Assembly: GCA_026710875.1 (NCBI GenBank)
Contig: JAPOQE010000113.1
Coordinates: forward strand, 3,144-67,143
Reading direction: 5' to 3'
DNA from: Gammaproteobacteria bacterium
GTDB taxonomy: Bacteria; Pseudomonadota; Gammaproteobacteria; UBA4575
DNA: 64,000 nt
The notes beneath the pieces were generated by a model. That model was not told the DNA's origin. It did not search any database and worked only from the letters and a program-made list of their open reading frames with translations. Position 1 is the first letter of the stretch. Every line of letters begins with the position of its first letter. Below are positions 1-9,046 of the stretch, in pieces. Made by a program: the position numbers and the translations under genes.

Positions 1-164
1 TGGGGTTCCCCTCCTGAGCCACGTTGCTTGCCGGAACCGAAAATCCCGCCAAATTTCTTGCCAAGGTTACGGAAAACCTCGTCCAGGTCAGGCGGTCCCT
101 GATTGCTCGACTTCTGGCCCCAGGGGTCATCATCTTTGCCACCTTGTGGGCTGTTCCAAGGCAT
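1..164 (-). CDS. hflK: HflK N-terminal fragment; the gene continues beyond the window edge
   Basis: Minus-strand translation from ATG near 164 gives MPWNSPQGGKDDDPWGQ...QGPPDLDEVFRNLGKKFGG, matching the HflK N-terminus (MAWNQPG..DPWG..QGPPDLDDIFRKL). It lies immediately downstream of hflX as in the canonical hflX-hflK order. Confidence 0.6.
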   Translation of the reverse strand, partial: MPWNSPQGGKDDDPWGQKSSNQGPPDLDEVFRNLGKKFGGIFGSGKQRGSGGEP

Positions 165-257
165 AAGTTATTCTCCAAGAATGATTTCTGAACTAACGCT
201 TAAACACTGAAAGCAGTCAGGTATTGTATCAAGCTACTGTACTGGCAAAAAGCAGCT

Positions 258-1541
258 TCAACCTGCAAGCTGCTCAGTCTGCTCTGCGATTTGGTATTCA
301 GCAAATTGCTTGACGCTTTGCACAGGCACCTCGGCTTCTATCTGCCAATGGCCTTCGTCATCGACAAATTCCTGTACGACATGGTCTTTGGCATACAGCT
401 CGCTGCGTATGTTTCCTGCCGAGGGCGGTAACCGCAGCCAGATACACGTACTCTGAACGTCAAAATACTGCCTCAAGGCCTGCGCCAGCAGCTCCAGACC
501 CTGCCCCTGCAACGCCGATACCCATACCTGCTGTATACGGCCCTGCTGATCCAACTGAATGTTCGGCAGCATATTGATCAGATCGATTTTATTGTAAACC
601 ATTATCTGGGGTATATCCAAAGCGTTGATCTGCCGAAGTACGGCCTCGACCTCGAGAATATTGTGCGTCCGGTTGTCATCCCCCGCATCAACAATATGCA
701 ATAGCAGGTCAGCTTCTCCGGTCTCCTGCAAGGTCGCATGAAAGGCCTCAATGAGGTCATGTGGCAGGTCTTGTATAAAGCCCACCGTATCCGCCAGTAC
801 CACGTGCCTGCTTTTCGAGAGCGGCATGCGCCGCAACGTGGGATCAAGGGTAGCGAACAGTTTGTCTGCCGAGTACACACTGGCATTGGTAAGCCGGTTA
901 AACAGGGTGGACTTTCCGGCATTGGTATAGCCGACCAGGGCCACAGTCGGGGTTGTGGTCTTGCGGCGCGCTGCCCGCCCCTGGTTGCGCTGGATGCGTA
1001 ATTTTTCCAGGCGCTTGGAAATTTGCTTGATGCGCTGCCTCAGCATGCGCCGGTCGGATTCCAGTTGCTTCTCACCCGGGCCACGCAGGCCAATGCCGCC
1101 CTTCTGGCGCTCCAGATGGCTCCATCCACGGACCAGCCGGGTGGAAAGATATTTCAACTGGGCAAGTTCGACTTGCAGCTTTCCTTCATAGGAGCGCGCA
1201 CGCTGGGCAAATATATCCAGGATCAAGCCGGTTCTGTCCAGCACCCGTCTTTTGCAGATTTTCTCCAGGTTGCGTTCCTGGCTGGGGGAAAGGGCATAGT
1301 TGAAAATAACGATGTCGGCATTCAGCAGGCTGGCCAACTGTGCCAACTCGGATGCCTTGCCACTGCCAATCAGCAGTTTCGCATCCGGTGTGTCGCGCTG
1401 TACCGTAATGACGGTGGCGATCTCCGCACCAACTGAGCGTGCGAGCTCTTGAAATTCGTTCAGGTCCTGATTGTTCGACACGCTTCGAAAACGCGTGTGT
1501 ACGAGGATTACTCGCTCGCCTGTATCGGGACGTTCAAACAA
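258..1541 (-). CDS. hflX: GTPase HflX
   Basis: 427 aa with G1 motif GYTNAGKSTLFN and the HflX N-domain. It lies downstream of hfq in the conserved miaA-hfq-hflX arrangement. Confidence 0.95.
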   Translation of the reverse strand: MFERPDTGERVILVHTRFRSVSNNQDLNEFQELARSVGAEIATVITVQRDTPDAKLLIGSGKASELAQLASLLNADIVIFNYALSPSQERNLEKICKRRVLDRTGLILDIFAQRARSYEGKLQVELAQLKYLSTRLVRGWSHLERQKGGIGLRGPGEKQLESDRRMLRQRIKQISKRLEKLRIQRNQGRAARRKTTTPTVALVGYTNAGKSTLFNRLTNASVYSADKLFATLDPTLRRMPLSKSRHVVLADTVGFIQDLPHDLIEAFHATLQETGEADLLLHIVDAGDDNRTHNILEVEAVLRQINALDIPQIMVYNKIDLINMLPNIQLDQQGRIQQVWVSALQGQGLELLAQALRQYFDVQSTCIWLRLPPSAGNIRSELYAKDHVVQEFVDDEGHWQIEAEVPVQSVKQFAEYQIAEQTEQLAG

Positions 1542-1579
1542 ATATTCTCTCCACTCCGGTGCAGTCGGCGAAGGACCAG

Positions 1580-1816
1580 CTAATCGCTTCGCTCATCGTT
1601 ATAAGGGACCTTCACCATGCGCGACGGGACGATCGTCGAAATCGCATGCTTGTAGACCATCTGATTGACACTGTTTTTTAACAAAACCACAAACTGATCG
1701 AAAGAATCCACTTGGCCCTGTAGCTTAATTCCATTTACGAGATAGACTGAAACAGGAACTTTTTCTTTCCGCAAGGCGTTCAGGAAAGGCTCCTGCAGAG
1801 TTTGCCCTTTTGACAT
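1580..1816 (-). CDS. hfq: RNA chaperone Hfq
   Basis: [48 protein letters not shown]...[12 protein letters not shown] is nearly identical to the Hfq Sm core. The ATG at 1816 is preferred over the GTG at 1819. Confidence 0.95.
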   Translation of the reverse strand: MSKGQTLQEPFLNALRKEKVPVSVYLVNGIKLQGQVDSFDQFVVLLKNSVNQMVYKHAISTIVPSRMVKVPYNDERSD

Positions 1817-1878
1817 CACTGTAGTACCCCTAGTTCATTTTGTATTGTTCTTAACTACCTACGAGCGAGTTGTCACCC

Positions 1879-2844
1879 TCATTGGTTCCGTGTACCTGTA
1901 GTGTAACAGGTCGATGTTCCCATATGGGAATGAATTGTGTGATAGATATTATCAATATCACATGGCTCGGTACTGACCCGCGTTAGTCCCGTTTCACTGC
2001 GCAACCAGGTCAGTTGTCTTTTTGCAAGTTGGCGGGTCGCCGCGAGTACTTTCTCGCGCATGGTCTCATAGCTGTACACACCGCCAAGATAGTTCCACGC
2101 CTGCCGATAACCGACGGACCGGATGGACGGCAAACCATCATGCAGGTCCTCCCTGCGCCACAAGGCTTCAACCTCACCCAGAAACCCGCCCTTCAGCATT
2201 TCATCAAAACGCTCGCTGATACGCTGATGCAGCAGGCTCCGGTCCTGCGGTATCAATGCAATCTTCAGTGCACGCAATACCGGTTTCGGCACGCCTGATC
2301 TTACATGCCATACACTGATCGGAATGCCGCTCGCCCGGTAGACCTCGAGTGCGCGCCCAATGCGTTGTGGATCATTCGGATGAATGTGTAAAGCCGCTTT
2401 TGGATCCACTTGTGCAAGCTGTGCATGAACGGCTTTCCAGCCGGTCTTTTTGGCCTGACGGGAGATTTCTTCCCGGATGCGCGAATTGGCCCTGGGCAGG
2501 TTGGACAGACCGCGCAACAGCGCCCTGAAATAGAGCATGGTTCCACCCACCAGCAGGGGAATGCGCCCGCGCCCATGGATTTCCCGGAGGGCGCCCAGGG
2601 CATCCGCCCTGAAATTTGCGACCGAATAGATTTCAACAGGGTCGAGGATGTCGATCAGATGATGAGGGACAGCCTGGCGGATGGCTGCACCGGGTTTGGC
2701 AGAACCGATGTCCATGTGCCGGTAAACCATCACCGAGTCCACACTGATGATCTCGCACGGAAACTCGGCTGCAATCCTCAATGCAAGTTCGGTTTTTCCG
2801 CTGGCCGTCGGGCCCATCAGGCAAACTGCGGGGATCATGTCCAA
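1879..2844 (-). CDS. miaA: tRNA dimethylallyltransferase MiaA
   Basis: P-loop GPTASGKTELAL and the IISVDSVMVYRHMDIGSAKP motif of IPP transferases. Position between mutL and hfq matches the conserved operon. Confidence 0.95.
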   Translation of the reverse strand: MDMIPAVCLMGPTASGKTELALRIAAEFPCEIISVDSVMVYRHMDIGSAKPGAAIRQAVPHHLIDILDPVEIYSVANFRADALGALREIHGRGRIPLLVGGTMLYFRALLRGLSNLPRANSRIREEISRQAKKTGWKAVHAQLAQVDPKAALHIHPNDPQRIGRALEVYRASGIPISVWHVRSGVPKPVLRALKIALIPQDRSLLHQRISERFDEMLKGGFLGEVEALWRREDLHDGLPSIRSVGYRQAWNYLGGVYSYETMREKVLAATRQLAKRQLTWLRSETGLTRVSTEPCDIDNIYHTIHSHMGTSTCYTTGTRNQ

Positions 2845-2888
2845 TCGCTGCGCATCAAGGGATACGAAATCTGCACACGGCCCTCACG

Positions 2889-4730
2889 TTACTGGCCTCG
2901 CTTGAACAGTTTGTCCAGTTGCGCCACGCTCAGCTGCACCCAGGTCGGTCGTCCGTGATTGCATTGCGCACTTCGTTCCGTTGCCTCCATTTCCCGCAAC
3001 AGGGCATTCATCTCGGAAACCATGAGCTTGCGGTTGGCACGCACGGACCCATGACAGGCCATGGTGGACAAAAGCTCATTGCTGGCCTGCTCGAGGCGTC
3101 CTGAGGATTCAAATTCACCAAGGTCCGACAGTACGTCGCGCACCAGGCTCTCGACGTTGATACCAGCCTGCTGCAACAGGGCCGGAATCTCGCGCACGAT
3201 CATGCTCTGCTCCCCGAACCGCTCCACCTTGAATCCGAATTTGGCGAACAGGGGCGCATGCTGCTCTGCCAGGGCCGCTTCCTGTGTGCCAAGCTCAAGG
3301 GTCAGCGGCACCAGCAGTGCCTGCGCCGCAATGTCCTGTTGCTGAAACGATGTCTTGAGCTTCTCATACACAATGCGCTCGTGCGCGGCATGCATGTCGA
3401 CAATGATCAGACCCTCGGCATTTTGCGCAAGGATATAAATGCCTTGCAGCTGGGCCAGGGCATATCCCAGAGGCGGCATCGATCCTGCATCCTCCATCGC
3501 AGCACTGCCTTTTACCTCGTCAGGGACAGGCTCGTGCGATATCAGGGCTCCGTAAAGATCAACGGCCGCCTGCGCCTGCAGTGCATGTTGCGGTCGATTT
3601 GGAAGCCCGTCTGAAAACGGCAGCGGACCGGAGGGGCGCGGCTCGCCGGTGTGCGTGTAATCACTCACGACTTCACGGTATCGGCCCGCAGCCTGCTGCT
3701 CGGATTCAGGCATGGTTTCAGCGATTGCCTTGCCCACCGTATGGCGGACGAACTCGTGCACGTACCGGGCCTGGCGGAAACGGACTTCATGCTTCATGGG
3801 GTGAGCATTGACATCGACCTGTGCAGGATCGACTTCCAGGAACAACACGAAGGCTGGAAAACGGCCGTGGTACAGAACGTCCTGGTAGGCCCGCTTGATC
3901 GCGTGCGCAATCACCTTGTCTCGTATCACGCGGCCATTGACATAGAAATATTGCAGGTCCGCCTGGGCGCGCGAGAAGGTCGGCAGGCTGATCCAGCCGT
4001 GCATGCGCAGGTCCTGTGCAGACTTTTCCAGATAGATGCTCTGTTCGGAAAATTTACTTCCGCAGGCCTGGCGCAGACGCCGGACCATGCCCGTCTGATC
4101 CACTGCAGCATCGAAGTCCAGACAGCTTCGCCCATTGTGTCGAACCGACAGAACCGTATCGAAACGGCTCAGGGCAAGCTTGAGCAGCATGGACTGGCAA
4201 TGCTGCCATTCCGTTTTTTCAGTTCGCAGGAACTTCTTACGTGCGGGTACATTGAAAAACAGGTTCCTTACCTCGACCGCGGTACCCTTTTCCTGGCGCA
4301 CCGGTGCAGTCTCTTCCAGAAATTCCCCTCCTTCGGCCGCGATCTTCCAGCCTTGATTCGTCTCGTCTCCGGGATTGGAGGCCAGGCTGAACCTGGACAC
4401 TGCTGCAATACTGGACAAGGCCTCTCCGCGAAATCCCAGGGTGGTGATGTACTCGAGATCTTCGGCGGAGGATATCTTGCTCGTGGCATGGCGCTGCAGC
4501 GCCAGCATGAGTTCTTCTTTGGGAATTCCGTGACCATTGTCACAGACCCGGATGCGCTCCATGCCTCCACGCTCAATGTCCACCGACACCTGCGTAGCAC
4601 CGGCATCCAGGGCATTTTCAAGAAGCTCCTTCAGGACAGAAGCGGGACGTTCGATGACCTCGCCCGCCGCAATCTGGTTCACGAGTTGCGCAGACAGGTG
4701 CTGGATGGGCGATGCGGGCAGTCTGTTCAT
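2889..4730 (-). CDS. mutL: DNA mismatch repair protein MutL
   Basis: 613 aa with N-terminal GHKL ATPase motifs (LVNQIAAGEVIERPASVLKELLENALDAGAT, DNGHGI) and a C-terminal dimerisation domain. Confidence 0.95.
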   Translation of the reverse strand: MNRLPASPIQHLSAQLVNQIAAGEVIERPASVLKELLENALDAGATQVSVDIERGGMERIRVCDNGHGIPKEELMLALQRHATSKISSAEDLEYITTLGFRGEALSSIAAVSRFSLASNPGDETNQGWKIAAEGGEFLEETAPVRQEKGTAVEVRNLFFNVPARKKFLRTEKTEWQHCQSMLLKLALSRFDTVLSVRHNGRSCLDFDAAVDQTGMVRRLRQACGSKFSEQSIYLEKSAQDLRMHGWISLPTFSRAQADLQYFYVNGRVIRDKVIAHAIKRAYQDVLYHGRFPAFVLFLEVDPAQVDVNAHPMKHEVRFRQARYVHEFVRHTVGKAIAETMPESEQQAAGRYREVVSDYTHTGEPRPSGPLPFSDGLPNRPQHALQAQAAVDLYGALISHEPVPDEVKGSAAMEDAGSMPPLGYALAQLQGIYILAQNAEGLIIVDMHAAHERIVYEKLKTSFQQQDIAAQALLVPLTLELGTQEAALAEQHAPLFAKFGFKVERFGEQSMIVREIPALLQQAGINVESLVRDVLSDLGEFESSGRLEQASNELLSTMACHGSVRANRKLMVSEMNALLREMEATERSAQCNHGRPTWVQLSVAQLDKLFKRGQ

Positions 4731-5092
4731 GTGATCGGAACGGGCTTTTCATCCTGCAGTTGCAGCATTTGCTGAAACCCCGAAAGGGCATAGGATACGA
4801 ATGCGTCCCGGCTGGCCCATTGGCTTGAGCTGTCAACAATGCGACCGGACGCCTCTTCTCCCAGCTGGGTGGCGAACACCCTGACCAGACGATCGTCCGT
4901 GGCAGGCTCCGTCTGCGACTTCTCGCAGGTGATGAATACCTCCGGCTCGTCGCGCCCGTCCTCGATGGCCGCAAGCATGCATTCGTACTCCACCTGATCC
5001 TTGCTCTCGATGCTGTCGAGCACCACGATGGTATAGGCTCCGAGCTTGTAACGCTGCTTCGGTATGGCTCTGGAAATATTCGGTCTTAGCAT
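4727..5092 (-). CDS. hypothetical protein upstream of mutL; start uncertain
   Basis: The 163-aa ORF (4727..5218) overlaps the mutL start by 4 nt (ATGA). Internal Met codons at 5092 and 5110 avoid overlap with the divergent gene at 5154. I recognise no family. Confidence 0.35.
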   Translation of the reverse strand: MLRPNISRAIPKQRYKLGAYTIVVLDSIESKDQVEYECMLAAIEDGRDEPEVFITCEKSQTEPATDDRLVRVFATQLGEEASGRIVDSSSQWASRDAFVSYALSGFQQMLQLQDEKPVPIT

Positions 5093-5153
5093 GGGCCTGG
5101 GTGTTGTCATGCTAGGATAATATAATTCCCGGCACATACCTATAGCTTTGAAA

Positions 5154-5993
5154 ATGAGTACAAAACGGCTGTTGCGGCTCTTCCCCTCGCCTTCGGCAAC
5201 GTGCACGCTGGAGAACATCTACCTTGAGCAGTTTGGCTGGTATGGGAAGGACTCCGAAAAGCCGGTCGTGGCAGCCAACTTCGTAACCAGCCTGGATGGA
5301 AGAATTGCCACTTCCACGCGTGAGAACCCGGAGATTCACCTGCCTGACGGGCTGACCAGCAAGGAGGATTTCCGCCTGTTTCTGGAACTTCATGCGCAAG
5401 CGGACTGTCTGATCACGCACGGCAAGTACATGCGAAGCCTCAGCGAGGCCAAACTCGGAAATATCCTGCAACTTCCGAATGCACCAGAATTTGAAGATCT
5501 GTATGCGTGGCGCCAACGCCAGGGGCTTGCCCGTCATCCGGACGTCGTGATCGCCAGTTCAAGCCTGGATTTCCCATTGCACCCCTCATTAGAGGAAAGC
5601 GGGCAAAAGACCTATATTGCAGCCGGACAAGGCACCGACCCGGCCCTGCGCGAGCGTTGGCAGGCGCAGGGCCTGGAAATCCTGCTTGCGGGGCAGGCCG
5701 GTGCGGTCGAGGGCAAGCCTCTGATCGCAGCACTCGCCCAGCGCGGATACCGGAACGTATACCTGATTGCAGGACCCAAGATGCTGCACGCGATGCTCAA
5801 GGACCGGCAACTGGACAAGATGTATGTCAGCATCTCACATCAAATGCTGGGCGGGCAGGCGTACCGGACCCTGCTGGAAGGAGAGGCATTGAGCCATTGC
5901 GGACTGCGCCTGGATTCACTGCTCTTTGACGAGGTATCCGACAATGGCTGTGGACAAATTTTTGCCAGCTACGCGTGCATGTATGATCAATAA
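5154..5993 (+). CDS. RibD C-terminal-domain / DHFR-like pyrimidine reductase family protein
   Basis: ANFVTSLDGRIA...ADCLITHGKYMRSL...VYLIAGPKMLHAML resembles the dihydrofolate-reductase-like fold of RibD_C / deaminase-reductase proteins. The ORF track calls TTG at 5148, but ATG at 5154 is preferred. Confidence 0.6.
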   Translation: MSTKRLLRLFPSPSATCTLENIYLEQFGWYGKDSEKPVVAANFVTSLDGRIATSTRENPEIHLPDGLTSKEDFRLFLELHAQADCLITHGKYMRSLSEAKLGNILQLPNAPEFEDLYAWRQRQGLARHPDVVIASSSLDFPLHPSLEESGQKTYIAAGQGTDPALRERWQAQGLEILLAGQAGAVEGKPLIAALAQRGYRNVYLIAGPKMLHAMLKDRQLDKMYVSISHQMLGGQAYRTLLEGEALSHCGLRLDSLLFDEVSDNGCGQIFASYACMYDQ

Positions 5994-6013
5994 CCCAACG
6001 AGAGGCCCCCAAC

Positions 6014-7042
6014 ATGCTTGAGTTCATTTCAGACTACGGATTATTCCTAACCAAGGCATTGACTGTTTTGATCGTCGTGTGGATCGTCATCAGCCTGCTG
6101 TTTTCCCTGTCGAGGAAAACACGCGAGGGGGATCATTTTGAAGTCACGCATTTGAACAAGAAATACAAATCCATGGCGGATACCCTGTTTTTATCCCTGT
6201 TGCCCAAGAAGGAATTCAAGAAAATCCGCAAGCAGAGTAACAAGCAGGCGCGCAAGGAACGCAAAAAGCCGTCATCCGAAGCAGGCAAGCGTATTTTCGT
6301 GTTGAACTTTCTTGGCAATATCAAGGCGACTGCCGTACGTCATTTGCGCAAGGAAATCACAGCGATCCTGGCTGTCGCAACGAGCAGGGATGAGGTCGTG
6401 GTCTGCCTTGAAAACACCGGCGGCATGGTGCATGAGCATGGATTTGCCGCGTCCCAGCTGCTGCGCATCAAGCAAAAAAACATTCCCCTCACCGTTGCCA
6501 TAGACAAGGTGGCTGCAAGCGGGGGTTACATGATGGCCTGTGTGGCCGACAAGATCATCGCTGCTCCGTTTGCCGTTGTCGGCTCCATTGGCGTACTTGC
6601 ACAAATACCGAACTTCAACCGCATGCTTGACAAGCATGGCGTCGATTTCGAGCTCATGAAAGCCGGGGAACTCAAACGCACATTGACCATGTTCGGCAAG
6701 AACACGAATGAGGATCGCGAACATTTCAACAAGCAGCTTGAAGACACCCATGCCTTGTTCAAGGAATTCGTACAGGACCAGCGTCCCGGGCTTGATATCG
6801 ACGCGGTGTCGACAGGAGAACACTGGCTGGCAAGCCGTGCACTGGACCTCAAATTGGTGGACACGCTGATCACCAGTGATGACTACCTGTTGCAGGCCAG
6901 TGACAGTGCTGAAATTTACGAGGTCACCTACATGATGCCCAAGACACTCAGTGAACGTATTGCAGCCACCGTTCACGCAAGTACGGAAAAGATATTTTTC
7001 TCCTGGTGGCAAAAAGCCCAGGACTTCAGGTTTCTGGCCTGA
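6014..7042 (+). CDS. sohB: SohB-like S49 family periplasmic/inner-membrane peptidase
   Basis: N-terminal TM segment, then the S49 (SppA/ClpP-like) peptidase core (VAASGGYMMACVADKIIAAPFAVVGSIGV). Confidence 0.8.
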   Translation: MLEFISDYGLFLTKALTVLIVVWIVISLLFSLSRKTREGDHFEVTHLNKKYKSMADTLFLSLLPKKEFKKIRKQSNKQARKERKKPSSEAGKRIFVLNFLGNIKATAVRHLRKEITAILAVATSRDEVVVCLENTGGMVHEHGFAASQLLRIKQKNIPLTVAIDKVAASGGYMMACVADKIIAAPFAVVGSIGVLAQIPNFNRMLDKHGVDFELMKAGELKRTLTMFGKNTNEDREHFNKQLEDTHALFKEFVQDQRPGLDIDAVSTGEHWLASRALDLKLVDTLITSDDYLLQASDSAEIYEVTYMMPKTLSERIAATVHASTEKIFFSWWQKAQDFRFLA

Positions 7043-7103
7043 GCCGGCTGCCTGTCATCTCGCCAGATGTTAGATAACGGCCCCTTACCGGGTGCCGGAG
7101 TGT

Positions 7104-8489
7104 CTAGGTGCCTGTCGAGGCCGGAATCATCAGCACCTGGCCTGCACGAATCTTGTCCGACTTGAGGGCATTGGCCCTGCGCAGTTCACGAACGCCGACC
7201 TGGTAGTAGTTTGCAATCGTTGACAAGGTTTCGCCCCGTCGAATCACATGCCGGCTGTGGCTGCTTCCTGCTGCCGCCAAAAGCATGTCGCTTTGGGCGT
7301 GGTCTGTGAGGTACCTGCGGATTCCCTTCAGCATGGCGACCGCAAGCTTTTGCTGATGTGAGTTGGTGCGCAGCCGTTGCTCCTCCGTCGGGTTGGACAG
7401 GAAGGCGGTTTCTACCAGCACGGAAGGAATATCGGGTGATTTCAGCACGGCGAATCCGGCTTGCTCCACCCGCTTGTGCAACAGATTGCCGATGGCACCC
7501 AGTTCATGAAGTATATCCTCCGCCAGGTCGATACTGGCATCGATGGTGGCAGTCTGCGACAAATCGACCAGTACGGACTTGAGTACCTTGTCCTTGTCAT
7601 CCAGGCTCACCCCGCCGATCCGGTCCACCGCATTTTCACGGCGCGCCAGGATTCGGGCGGCCTCGCTGGTGGCACCCCGCTGTGACAACACAAACACGGA
7701 TGAGCCGCGTGCACTGCGTTTGACGGAAGCGTCTGCATGAATGGAAATGAAAATATCTGCATTCATCCGGCTTGCCTTTTGAATCCGGGTCCGCAAGGGC
7801 ACGTAGGTATCACGATTGCGGATCAACACGGCGCGCATCCCTCTTTCCCTGTCGATCAGTTTTTTCAGTCGCTTTGCGATCGACAGTACAATCACCTTTT
7901 CCTGGGTTCCGCGCCGGCCAATGGCGCCCGGGTCCTTGCCTCCATGCCCGGCATCGATGGCAATGATCGCATCGCGTCGCTTGAGCGTAGCTCCCGGCAT
8001 GACCAGCACGGGCTGCGCACGGGGTTTCGCTGTACTGGAAGACAGGTCGAGCACGAGCCGGTGACCTTTGCCGCCCTCCGGGCGCAACAACCAGCTTTTC
8101 GGGGTAACCGCAGTATGCGTGTCAAATACGACGCGCAGTTTCCCGGGCGACTTCTGTGCATAGCGCAGGCTTTTTAACAAGGCGGTCTTGGGCTGCTTGG
8201 AACCCAGCACCCCGTTCGCCTTGCATCGCTCAATGTCCAGCACCACCCGGTCCGGGTTTGCCAGTACAAAAACCTTGTGTTTTACGGGAGAAGACAGGTC
8301 AAATACGATGCGCGTGCTATCACCACGATCGGCAAAGCGCACATCCTTGATTTTGGATTCCCCGCCCACAGAAAGGCCGGGGATCGTGCACAGAATCAGC
8401 AAGGCCAAAGCGCCTGTCCTGCGAATACCTTCGCCGAACGGGACTGCCCGCAATACCTTACCAGTCTGACGTCGCACTGAGAAAAACAT
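7104..8489 (-). CDS. amiB: N-acetylmuramoyl-L-alanine amidase AmiB (AMIN + Amidase_3 + LysM)
   Basis: Amidase_3 signatures (IAIDAGHGGKDPGA, SIHADA) and a C-terminal LysM (GETLSTIANYYQVGVRELRRANAL). Flanked by tsaE and mutL as in E. coli. Confidence 0.9.
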   Translation of the reverse strand: MFFSVRRQTGKVLRAVPFGEGIRRTGALALLILCTIPGLSVGGESKIKDVRFADRGDSTRIVFDLSSPVKHKVFVLANPDRVVLDIERCKANGVLGSKQPKTALLKSLRYAQKSPGKLRVVFDTHTAVTPKSWLLRPEGGKGHRLVLDLSSSTAKPRAQPVLVMPGATLKRRDAIIAIDAGHGGKDPGAIGRRGTQEKVIVLSIAKRLKKLIDRERGMRAVLIRNRDTYVPLRTRIQKASRMNADIFISIHADASVKRSARGSSVFVLSQRGATSEAARILARRENAVDRIGGVSLDDKDKVLKSVLVDLSQTATIDASIDLAEDILHELGAIGNLLHKRVEQAGFAVLKSPDIPSVLVETAFLSNPTEEQRLRTNSHQQKLAVAMLKGIRRYLTDHAQSDMLLAAAGSSHSRHVIRRGETLSTIANYYQVGVRELRRANALKSDKIRAGQVLMIPASTGT

Positions 8490-8587
8490 CCCTGGTTAAA
8501 AAACCATGCCCGAAGTGTGGCAAAGTTTTTGTACGACTACAAGTAATTTCTATAATGGAATTATTGGTATAGCCACTTAAGTTATAG

Positions 8588-9046
8588 TCACGTCTTACAC
8601 TTGGTGGTGATGGAGTGCCCCTGGGATGACCGGAAATTCGAGTCCACGCGACGTCCAGGACCTGCATGTTCGAACGCAAACTCGATATCGGCTTTTGGAA
8701 TGGCCCCCTCGCCCCGCTCCGGCCATTCAATCAGGCAAATCGTGTCCGCACCATCGGCTACATCGCGAATACCGATGAACTCAAGTTCACGAGGATCGTG
8801 GATACGGTAAAGATCAAAATGAAAAATACGGGCATGCTCTAGAACGTAGCTCTCCTGAAGAGAAAATGTCGGACTCTTGACCTGGCCTGTGTAGCCCAAG
8901 GCACGGATGAAGCCGCGTGCGAATGTCGTCTTGCCCGTACCGAGATCTCCTCTCAGGTGAACGACCAGCGGCGGGTTGCATGAGCGCGCCACCCGGGCAG
9001 CAAACTCGAGTGTCGAGGCATCATTCTCCAGATACAGGCTGCTCAT
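8588..9046 (-). CDS. tsaE: tRNA t6A biosynthesis protein TsaE (YjeE)
   Basis: 152 aa with Walker A GDLGTGKTTFARG, the size expected of TsaE. Conserved position between nnr and amiB. Confidence 0.9.
   Translation of the reverse strand: MSSLYLENDASTLEFAARVARSCNPPLVVHLRGDLGTGKTTFARGFIRALGYTGQVKSPTFSLQESYVLEHARIFHFDLYRIHDPRELEFIGIRDVADGADTICLIEWPERGEGAIPKADIEFAFEHAGPGRRVDSNFRSSQGHSITTKCKT

Noticed and set aside
3651-4775. 374-aa ORF antisense to mutL (plus smaller ORFs 3061..3345, 3258..3614, 3581..3811, 4268..4621, 4618..4974)
   Set aside because: It lies entirely inside and opposite to a strongly supported mutL reading frame. High-GC genomes generate long spurious antisense ORFs. No recognisable motifs.
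6272-7012. 246-aa ORF antisense to sohB
   Set aside because: Embedded antisense to a peptidase gene with clear family motifs. Low-complexity Cys/His-rich translation typical of frame artefacts.
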